This document shows, one piece after another, positions 14,131-24,560 of a stretch of DNA of 64,000 nt (the stretch's first letter is position 1; the number at the start of each line of letters is the position of its first letter). Source of the DNA: Camelus ferus (taxonomy: Eukaryota); assembly GCF_009834535.1 (NCBI RefSeq), contig NC_045697.1, positions 76,570,001 to 76,634,000 on the forward strand, written 5' to 3'. Under the pieces are notes generated by a model, which saw only the letters and a list, made by a program, of their open reading frames with translations, was not told where the DNA came from and did no database searches. The translations under genes were made by a program, and so were the position numbers.

Positions 14131-16119
14131 GCTGCCCACTTCCCCTCCCCATCCCTGTTACTTCTTCTAACTCGCCTTTATTTTCCTAAGTTTGCCTTGC
14201 CATGGCCTTTCTTCCTCCTCTGCCTGTGAATTCCCTCCTTCCCACTTTTTCTTTTAAAAATTTCTTTCTTTTTGTGTGTATGTCCATTATTTTCTTGTAA
14301 ACATTCAAACATAGGCACTCTCTGGAGATTATCAGGATTTTTGTTTCCATTCTCACGTTGAGTGTAATTCCAATACCATAATCTAGTCAACAAAAGTAAC
14401 AAGTCACATGCCCTAAGGGTAAATGACAGGGACTCAGCCTGCTATTTGTTGGGAGTGATAATGTATACTGTGTTTCGAACATCTGCTTTAACGATAATTG
14501 CACTTCTCGTTTCTCTGGAACTGTACGGAGTACAACACATTCACTTGCTGTATCTGGTTCAGTCCTCAAAACAACCCTGCTGGAGATGAGCGTGAGAGTT
14601 GCCATCCCCTTTAACATATGGGAACAGTGAGGGTATTATACCCTGTTCCGTGATTACAGATCTACCTGGCGGTGAACTTGGAATTCGTTCCTAGGTTTCT
14701 TGGCTTCCTTTAGGATGATCTTTTCGCACTGATCAAATTTGAAGTTATTAAATATGTGGACAGAAGGAAACCTAATTAGCTATAGCATTAAATCGTACAT
14801 TATTCTGATAACTAGAGATCATCTGGTTCAGCCCTTCTGTTTTGTAGGTAAGAACAACTGGGCACAGGAAAGGTAAAGTCTAATTCAAGGTCATGCAACT
14901 ACTTAGCCATAGAATTTAGATCATTTCATTCTTTCTGTGTTTCAAAATGCAGCTGAGAAAGTCTAATTTACCCATAAGAATGAATGCACTTGGTAAACGT
15001 TTATAACTGACCTTTGTCTTGAATAAAGTTGTTCTTAATTAATATTAATGTCCTGCAGGAGTAGTAGAATTACACTGCCTAAGACAGGTTAAGAAATGGA
15101 GTTCTATGAGGAACAGCGTGGTGAGAATTCTAGGTGTTATAAATGAAGGGCAGCAGACCCTTAGGAAACTTGCAAGAAATCCCAATCATGTAATCTTGAT
15201 CTAGTTCCATACTTGAAGGGTGTTGCCAAGGGTACATCTACTCTCAAACCACCTAGGGTTGGTGAAGTCACAGTTAGTCGTGCTCCCTCAGTAAACCTCC
15301 ATGGTCACTTGTTAGTCTCGGTGCTTTAAAATATGTTCTTTAAGTAGTAATGGACTAAGAGCCTTGGGTTCTCCATCTGGTTCTCCCATAAACTAGCTAG
15401 ATTTCTTGACCTTTTGGAGGCTAACCTTCTTTAAACTTTTTAATTTTTTAATTTAAAAATACACCAATCTTTCTGTAACTCAGAGCATTACAAGTAGGGC
15501 TAAAAAGAGATCATGATTGTGGAATGTGAGTCAGGATTATTGTTAAGACTTCAATGCTCCTGTCTTCTTGGTTTTTTTCTTTTTTTCTTTTTTTTCTCCA
15601 CCAGAACTTTCAGCGGGGTTGACTACTCCTTTCTCCTTGAGACACTTCCTCTTTCGATTTCTTGACACCACCATCCTTTCCTGATTTTCCTCTTCTGTCA
15701 CTCAACATTTAAATGTTGGTATCTTTGAGGGAGGGATCCTAGGCTCTTTCTTTTCTCTGCACTCTTTCCCGAGGTAATCCACAATGATTTTCTTGGATTT
15801 ATAATCCATCAAGATGCCAAATTTATAACTCCACCCAGATCTTTCATCTCAGTTCCAGATTCTCATATTCACTTCCTTTCTTGCCATCTCGACTTTGAGG
15901 TCCCATAGACACCACAGACTTCATGAGTCCAAAATGGAAGCTTTGAATCCACCCCCAAAACTATTACCTGCACTAAGCCCCTACCCCCATCACCAGGCAC
16001 TTGTTCATTCATTCAAAATATATCAAATGCTCACTGTGTGCCAATGAATGTTTCCTGTTGCTGGAGAGAAACACTGAACTAGACTGAATGGACTAGCCCT
16101 CAGTGGCTCCTATGCTAGA

Positions 16120-16420
16120 TTTGCACTGTCCAGTATGTAGCCACCAGCCACAGGTGATTATTAAGGACTTGAAATGCAGCTAGTCTGTAATGAGATGTCT
16201 GTTGGTATAAAATGCATATTGTAGTTTGAAGACTCAATACAAAAAGAAAAGTAAAACCTCTCATTAAGTTTTTATATTATTTGCTTATTGAAATAATATT
16301 TTGGATATTTTGGATTAAGTAAAATATCATGAAAATTAATATCACATCTTTTTAAGTGTGACTAATAGCAAATTTAAAATTACATATGTGGCTTGCATTA
16401 CTTTTCCATTGGACAGCATT
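16120..16420 (-). mobile_element. MER33-like hAT-Charlie DNA transposon
   Basis: Terminal ctgtcca...tggacag motifs and an AT-rich interior resembling the recalled MER33 consensus. Confidence 0.7.
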
Positions 16421-16604
16421 ATTCTAGATGGACAGAGTGAGTAGAGAAACAAAAAATTAACAAAATAATGGCTTAAGTTGTTTTAATTGTTGATAAGTGC
16501 TTTGAAGGAAATAAACTGAGGGAAATGATCCCAAGCCAGAAACCTAGGAGTCTTGGATAATTCTTATTTTTTTCTCAGCTCCATCCCCATGTCAAATTAT
16601 TATT

Positions 16605-16746
16605 ATTATTATTATTTTCTTTTTTTTTAGGGGAGGAGCTACTTAGGTTTATTTATTTACTTATTTTTTAAGTGGAGGTGCTGGGGATTAAACCCAGGAC
16701 CTTGTGCATGCTAGGCAGGCACTCTACCACTGAGCTATCTTCTCCC
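16605..16746 (-). mobile_element. Vic-1-like SINE
   Basis: A/B boxes; TSD tgtcaaattatt on both sides. Confidence 0.9.
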
Positions 16747-17039
16747 ATGTCGTGTCAAATTATTTTTAAGCCCTGTTGCCTCCACTTCAAAACACAATTT
16801 TAATCTATCTGGTAACACCCTATCTACTTCCAGCCTGTGTAAGCCTTCTGCCTCTCGCCCAAGACCTATGCCAGCTCGTTCTGTAACTCATTTCTTTGCT
16901 TCCCCTTCCTGCCCTGGGGAGTTGATCACATCCTCTCCCTCCTTAAAACCCATCAATGACATCCAGCTTTCTTCTCTAGGCTCATTTTGGATACTTCCTC
17001 TCCCACCCAATACACACACCATACCCGTAACCCCCCCCC

Positions 17040-18060
17040 TTTTTTTAAATTTCCATGTATTTACTTTATTGAATTTGTTAATGTTATAGAGTTCTTGCAG
17101 TGCCAAACCATGCCTGAGAATTCGGAGAAAGAAACGGTACAACAGACAGCCTCACCCACCCACCATACAGTATATTAAAATTTGATTCATGTGCATTTTG
17201 ATAATTTCACAATCTTTTAAAAAGTTATAACACGGGTTAGGATTTTTAAATCTCCTGCAGGTCTTCAGATTTTTAGGACAGTATGCCATTAAATAACATT
17301 TCCAGATATTCATCTCAGTTCATTCCTTAATAACATAACCGTCAACAAAATTTTGCTGGAAAAAAGCACATTACTCTTTAGGGGAAATATATGGCTAAAG
17401 TCCAACAGATTATTTAAGATTTTAGATTCCCAAATGAAGTCTTCAGTCTAACCAAGAATCCTTGGTTTCTCAATCATACAGCCTCTCCTTGGCTGGCTCA
17501 GCCACTCACCCAAACACACCAGAAGGTAGGCATCCTGCCAGCCACCTCAGATAATGCCGACGTTATTGCCCAGGCACGGCTGGCAGGCCCTGTCAGGTGG
17601 CACTGTCACCCTCCTGGGAGCGCACTGTGCCTTGTATCAAGACTGAGCTCCTAGAGGAAACTGCTCCCACATGAGGATGGCTTTACTCACCCATCTGCTT
17701 CACTCTTGCCAGCAGCAAGCCTGCAGCTCCTGCTTTTGGCAAAGGGATTTATTATAGAGAAACCCAGACTCTGCATCAAGTGGTCACATGCCACTTTGAA
17801 ATATTTCTATTGAACCAACAATAAAAAACTAGGAAATTACCAGACTGTCTCATTTAGATGGAGAGACTTCTCAGGAATCCTGGGTAGCTTCCTGGATCCC
17901 TTTTCAGGACTAAAAATTACTGGATAATTCAAGCTGTAATTATTAAAAACAGAAGTGCTACATCACCTGTCTTTTGCCCGCAACTCTCTGAATGAACAAT
18001 GTAAAGACACCCCAGAATGTTGATAACAGAGCTACGCTGGGCTGTGTCCCTTGTTCTTAA
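17040..18060 (-). pseudogene. Probable 5'-truncated processed retrocopy (3'UTR only) of an unidentified mRNA
   Basis: Minus-strand AATAAA (17065-17070) 18 nt before an A7 run; UTR-like unique sequence interrupting L2. Confidence 0.5.
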
Positions 18061-19015
18061 TCACTTCAAAGTCTGCATTTACTTCAGTATCAGTTTAAAT
18101 ATTACTGTCAGCCTCAGAGTGGTCATTCTTGACTATTCTGTCTCAAATAGTTCTTAATTAATTAAAAAAAAAATGAATCTCTACCCTGTTCCTCAATCTT
18201 AATCCTCTGTTTGGTCTTTATCTGTCTTGTTCATCAATGCACCCCAACACTGGCACAGCCCTTGGCATATGGTAGACTGGTAAATCTTTGTTGACTGACT
18301 GACTGACTGATTGCAAGGGGAAGCCCATTGAACTGACTGACCACCTTGTTTTGAAGGTGAAAGTTCTTATGAGACATATAGCCCTTGCCTGTTGACTGCA
18401 GATTACATTTTAACCATTTCTTTAGGAGAAAAATACTTAGACTCATTATCTTTCATGGGAAAGCAAGTTACTGTTACATAAAATATCGTTTCCCCATTGT
18501 CTGACTTATTTCACAATGTGGAATATATAATATTAACTAAGTACCAAAGGTGGTCTTTAAATACAAGACAGACACATAAGAACACCAAAATAAAGGAAAA
18601 TAAAGTCAACAGGTCACCTTGTGCAACACTGTCAAAAAACAAAGGTATTTTTGATATATTTTCTCATGTCCTTCCCCATCATATGACTATTTGGTAGAAG
18701 TGGGAACCGGGGGACCTCTCCTCCCCAGAAGTTGATGTTTATTCGCTCAGTTTTGGTCCTGACCCTATTGATTGGCTCACCTGGTTGAATGGATTCTGAC
18801 CCGAAGGTCACAGATTTCTCAACCATCTATGCTTGGTCAAACAAACTGGTGCATGACTGAAATGAGAAAGCATAGCCCACAAGAGTTTGGGACTTAAAGA
18901 AGTCCAGTCAATAGTTTGATGAGAAGAGTCTAACTGGCAGGTTTTAATTTTTTTGTCGGTGAGAAGCAAGAAGAGGGGAGCGCAGTGTATGCCCCAGCAG
19001 CAGAGGTTCTCCGGC

Positions 19016-19520
19016 TGTTGCTGAACCCAAGTTCTTGTGTCTGATGCACAGTAAGGCCAAACTGAACTGTCAGAGTTTGGAGCAAAAAAAGCTTTATTGC
19101 AAGGAGAATGGGCGGCTCATGCTTAAAAGACCCGAACTCCCTGGTAGTTTTCAGGGAAGAGTTTTTTAAAGGCAAACTTTCAGGGAGAGGGCTGCAGGAT
19201 CGGTGACTCTCTTCTGATTGGGTGGTGTTTCCAGAATCTTGTGCTCAGCCTGAAGTTACCATCCTCCACCTGGGAGGAGGCCTTCGTTCCCACAGAACTC
19301 AGAAACGTGCATGAGACTGTTACATGTATCCACAGTGGGGAACTTGGTCTCTGCTTTACCGGGGCACTGTTGTTTCTTGACTGCTTTTCCTTTGTTCCTG
19401 TGTTCCTCCTTCCCTAATCAGTAACTGTTTGCATCTGCCCCTTAGGACTCAGGGAAGGCCTGCAAACAAGGAACAGGGGACAAGAAAAGGCTCTTGTACC
19501 TGGGAGTACCTAGTCCCCCT
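19016..19520 (-). mobile_element. ERV1-type solo LTR (copy A)
   Basis: Ends ...gggttcagcaaca on the minus strand; AATAAA at 19093-19098; homologous to copy B. Confidence 0.7.
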
Positions 19521-19636
19521 AAAACTGAACTCCTCTGCCGAGTTTATGATTAACATTTCTACCCCAAAGGTGATTCGCTTTCTTGTCCAACACATGTTCT
19601 CCTCAAGACTGAGGGATATCAAAGAAAAGTGGGGAC

Positions 19637-20191
19637 TGAAACAGAGTAAGACCCTGTGGGGCCCTCCCGGGTACAAATCCTTTCTGTGTCTCCTGTTTCT
19701 TGCTTGTAGGAAATAGGCTTCCTTCAGCCTCCTTGACCAGTCCCTGAGTTCCAAAGGGCAGATTCAAATAGTTGCTAATTAGGGAAGAGGGAGAGTGCCG
19801 AAGTAAAGGGAGAGCAGTCAAGAAGCAGTAGTGCACAGCAATGCTTTTGAGTTTTCCTGTGGGCACTAAGGCCCCCTCCCTGGTGGAGGATGGTAACTTC
19901 AGGCTGAGGACAAGATTGCTGGAGCATCTCCCTGTTACCTCACCGCCAACCAGTCAGAAGAAAGTCTGTGCACAGTAGAGAATAACAAAGACTCTGACTG
20001 CCTCCCCAAATGATTTTCCCTTTAAAACTTCCATGGTCCAGTAGAATTGCAGAGTTCGTTTTTGGACATGTGTCTCCCTTCTCGCCAGGTTGCTGGCCTC
20101 CTGAGTAAAGCCACTTTTCCGTTCCAACTAACATTCGGCTCTTGAGTATTGGCTTTCTAGTGGTGAGCAGTCGAACCTGAGTTTGGTAACC
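19637..20191 (+). mobile_element. ERV1-type solo LTR (copy B), nested in a third LTR (~19525-20590)
   Basis: tgaaac... start and ...gagtttggtaac end, TATA-like tttaaaa, AGTAAA; the outer LTR has tatataag at ~20419. Confidence 0.7.
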
Positions 20192-20689
20192 GCAGAGCCT
20201 CCCAAAAGAACTCAACTATCACAGATCCTTCTCCCCAGAGTTTCACAAGCAGGGATGACTGATTCTTCTCACCTGGATATGAGACCACCTGAACAGACAC
20301 AGTCATAAAATTATCATAGCTGCCATTTGTTCCCCTAAGTGTCATTTACCTTTCCTAAAAGTCAGTTGTTTTCCCATAAATGTCATTTCTTCTTCTTCCT
20401 TTCCCCTGTTAAGATGGTATATAAGCTCCAAATTCTAACCACCCCTTTGAGTCACATTTTTCAGAGTGCTTCCCCATAAATGAATAAGAATTTATCTTTT
20501 ATCCTATTAATCTGTCTTTTGTCAGTTTAATTTGCAAGCCTCCAATGAATGAACCTAAATGGGTAAAGAAAAAATTTTCCCTTTCAGATAGTGTCAACTT
20601 TCGAGTTTGTCAAGATTAAAAAACTAAGACACATGGGCCAAACTGCCCGTTACTTGTTTGTTTTTGTATGGCCCATGAGATTAGAGTGG

Positions 20690-21315
20690 CAAATATATAT
20701 ATACATTTGAGGTAAAGTTTATGTACAATATTATATAAGTTTCAGGTGTACAACATAGTGATTCACAATTTTTAAAAGTTATATTCCATTTATAGTTATT
20801 ATAAAATATTGGCTATATTTCCTGTGTTGTATTGTATATTTTTCTAGCTTATTTATTTTATACATAGTAGTTCATACCTCTTAGTCCCTACCCCTATCTT
20901 GCCTCTCCAACTTCCCCTCGCCCCACTGGTAACCACAACTTTGATCTCTGTATCTGTGAGTCTGTTTCTTTTTTGTTACATTCACTTGTTTGCTTTCTTT
21001 TTTAGATTCCACATATAAGTGATACCATACAGTATTTGTCTTTCTCTGCGTGACTTATTCACTAAGCATAACACTCTCCAAGTCCATTCACATTGTTGCA
21101 AATGGCAAAATTTCATTCTATTTTTTATGGCTGAGTATTATTCTGTTATTTATATATATCTATCTCACATTTCTTTATCCATTCATCTATTGAGGACACT
21201 TAGGTTTCTTCCATATCTTGGCTATTATAAATAATGCTGTTATGAACATTGGGGTGCATGTATTTTTTCAAGTTAATGTTTTGATTTTCTTTTCAGATAA
21301 ATACCCAGGAGTGGA
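20690..21315 (-). mobile_element. L1 3' fragment inserted in a MER58-like hAT element (~20630-21550)
   Basis: Typical artiodactyl L1 3' end; MER58-like sequence resumes on both sides. Confidence 0.75.
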
Positions 21316-21854
21316 ATGAGGTTTTACATTTTTAAATGGTTAAAAAAAGTCAAAAGAAGAATAATATTTCACAACACATGAAAACCTATGTAAAACTCAA
21401 ATTTCAGTGTTCATAAAATTTGATTGGAACACAGCCTTGCTCATTTGTTTATGAATTATCTATGACCGCTTTTGCTCTGTAATGGCAGAGTTGAGTAGTT
21501 GTGGCTTACAAAGCTGAAAATATTTACTTTCTAGCCCTTTACAGAAAAAAATATGCCTACCTTGCTTTTTCCATTTCTATGTTTTTGTCTCATCATAGCA
21601 CTCCTCACTGTCTCCGCTTTTGTTGGCCTGATTTGTTGGCCCCCACTAGAATGGAAGCTTCCCAAGGACAGAGACCTCATGTCCTTGTGTTCTGCATGCC
21701 CAACACTTTAACCGTGGTACCGTACACGTAACGGTTGCTTCGTATGAAAGGGTGGATAACAGTAGACAACATTTACTGAGCACGTACTATATGCCAAGCA
21801 CATATGTTAGGTCTTTTAATCCTTACAATGGCCATAGTGGATGGATATCATTTT

Positions 21855-22250
21855 TACGGGCCGAATTGTGTCTCCCTCTGCCAACCCCCCACCTGGCCCC
21901 ATCCAATCCATATGTTGAAGTTCTAATGCACAACACCTCAGATTGTCACTGTATTTGGAGATAGGGTCTTTAAAGAGATAAAATAAGGTCATTAGAGTGG
22001 ACCTCAATCAAATATGTCTGGTATCCTTAAAAGAAGAGGCGACGAGGACACCGACATACACAGAGGGAAAAAAACGCAAAGACACAGGGAGAAGACGGCC
22101 ATCTGTAAGACAAGAAGAGGCTCAAGAAGAAACCAAGCCTGCCGACACTGTGACTCAGTCTTTCAGCCCCCAGAACTGCGAGGAAGTGCATTTCTGTTGT
22201 GGAAAGCCATTCAGTCTGCAGTACTTTATTATGACAGACCTAGCAAACTA
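21855..22250 (+). mobile_element. MLT1-family (ERVL-MaLR) solo LTR
   Basis: gaattgtgtc...gtatttggagatagggtctttaaagag...aaaccaagcctgccgacact signature. Confidence 0.75.
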
Positions 22251-22865
22251 ACACTCCGTAATCATTTTATTTTTCAGATGAGAAAACTGAGGAAGATTAA
22301 GTAACTTCTCTTTATAAGTAAAAGAACCAGAACTCGAACACTGGGGGACTGATTATTAAATTTGTTCTCTTACTGATTGTGCTGGGCTGCCTGGGTGTGA
22401 GTGGACTGATAGGTAACCAGATAGAGAGAGTGCAAAAAGCTTCTCTTCTACTCCACCTGGATCACATACAACTAGGCTAATTCTAAAAAGAATTTCCCAA
22501 GGACAAAATCCATATAAGGTCTTGATTTTTCCTCTGTAGGAGCTAGCAGAGATTGGGGGCAAGTACCAGAGTCCCAGGTCAGCAACTGATGGGCTGGGGA
22601 GGTTCAAGGAGATCTGTAGGACCTGTATAGGATGCAGGTTGAGCTAGATTCTCACTCCATCCTTTGTTCCTCACTCCTGCTGTTCCTGGAAGTTTTGCAG
22701 GAAGGTCTGTTTCTCAGTGTATACTGCAGGGTAGCACCGGACAAACTGGCTTAATGAAAATAATCCCTCAGGAAGTTTGTGTAAAGTATAGATTCCCAGG
22801 CTCCGTTCCAGACCCACTGAAATGGAATCGCCTGCATTGGAGCTTGGGAACCTATATTTTTAACC

Positions 22866-23798
22866 AACATCATAGATTTTTTTAAATGTATATCAATTAT
22901 ATGTGAAATCTAAAAAATACAACAAACCAGTGAACATAGTAAAAAAGAAGCAGACTTACACATACAGGGAACAAACTAGTGGTTACCAGTGGGCGGGGGG
23001 AGGGGCAATGCAGGGGTGGGAGTGTGAAAGGCACAAACTGCTGGGTATAAGATAAGCTCAGGGATGTCTTGTACAACACGGGGAATATAGCCAATATTTT
23101 GTAATAACTGTACATGGAAAGTAACCTTTCAATATTTTAAAAAGTTTGTTTAAAAAAAACCCCTTAATTTGTTATCTTCAGTGGGTGCTGGAAAACAAAG
23201 CCATTATTTTGAAGACTGATAAATAAAGGGCAAGAATGAAGCATTTTTCTTGCCCTTCCTTTAAGATGTGTACCTCAGGTGAATCAGACAGGTGATGGGG
23301 AAGTGTCTCTTCACAGAGGTACTCCAGCTGGTGTGCTGCTCCGGTCTCGCTCCGCCTCGGGGCGGGGGCTGGGGCACGGGAAGCTGTTTTGTTTCCTGAC
23401 CACTCTCTGTACCGCATCCTGACTTCTCTTCTGTACCTGCCTGGAATCCCCAACTCCGGGTCCGATGTCTGATTGTCCTTTCTCTTCTGGGGAGCACCTG
23501 GGCGCTGAGCTGTGGCCGCGGGCTGTTGACGAGGTCTTCATTCACATGGATACTCTGGATGAACCGAGCGAGGCTTCAAGGCAGAAGGACATCGCCAGCT
23601 GGGCAGCCAGTGGGCGCCGTGCAGGCAGCGGGTCATGGGAGGCTCTCCTCTGAGGGCAAGACGCGCGGCTCCCAGTCTTCCTGGACACAGGTGAAAGGTG
23701 GCATGCTCTGGGGGTGTCCCATGATCCCAGGAGTTGTTCCGCCTCCTGTGCAGAGCGGGAGCCCGGAGAGGATTTCAATTCCACAAACATCGTAGATT
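22866..23798 (-). pseudogene. TSD-flanked ~0.9 kb retroposed insert (CpG-rich unique sequence plus antisense L1 fragment at 22898-23159) inside a MER5-like element
   Basis: TSD aacatcatagatt (22866-22878) / aacatcgtagatt (23786-23798); T7 tail remnant; MER5-like halves join across the insert. Confidence 0.65.
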
Positions 23799-23999
23799 CT
23801 TAACATCAGGCAAGTTTGAGAAACATTCTAATAGGAGACAGGCTAGAGTCACAGGGCCTTTTCAACATATCTCTGTAATTCCTAGTCTAAGAGGTGACCA
23901 TCTCTCGCCTGAATGATACTAACAGCCTCTTAATTACGGCAGGCTGCAGGTTTCCTCTGGGGTCCTCCAGTGCCGGCCCTCAGAGCGGCCAGAGTGACA

Positions 24000-24560
24000 C
24001 GTATAACTGAAAGCGGCATCACCCCACACCCTGCAAATGCTTCCTCATGATTTCCCACTCTTCTTAGGAACACGATCCACGATCCCGAGCCAAGCTTGCC
24101 GGCCCAGTGTTCCCAGCCTCATCTCTCGCGATCTCCCTGTGTTTTGCTTCGGCCAAGGCGCACTGGCCCTCCTGGGAGCCGCCTCACCTGCGGCCCCGGC
24201 CGGCAGTGGAGCCGTCCTGGCGCCCACCCTATGCCCGCCGCTCCCGCCACGCAGGTCGCAGCCCCAACGCAGCTCACTGGCGGTGGCTCCCACCCCCATC
24301 GCCCTCCCGATCCCCCCTTAGGAAATCAACGCTAGCCAGCCTGTCTTTGTTCTGTATTTTCATAGCATCCCATACTTTCCCTTTGTAGCACTTTTCACGA
24401 TTGTAATCAATAAATTAGTGGGGTTAAAACTTATTTTTTCTACCCCCAGATTAAAGTTCTGTGGGCCAGAGACTGGGTCCGACCTTTTCCCACTGTATCC
24501 TTAGTGTTGAGTCCAGGGACTGGCACATAGTAGGTACTCAAAAATATTTTAAAAATAAAT
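24000..24560 (+). mobile_element. L2 3' fragment with unusually high CpG content
   Basis: cccagcctcatctct...cactggccctcct and ggcacatagtaggtactcaa L2 hallmarks. Confidence 0.6.

Larger units (their letters stand above)
15600..18310 (+). mobile_element. Fragmented L2 element(s) interrupted by MER33, a SINE and a retroposed insert; 3' tail (GACT)n at ~18290-18310
   Basis: L2-type pyrimidine-rich 3' sequence and a tandem-repeat tail. Confidence 0.6.

Noticed and set aside
13358-14229. Several 70-170 aa Pro/Ala/Gly-rich ORFs on both strands
   Set aside because: By-products of the GC-rich ETNPPL CpG island; no coding signature
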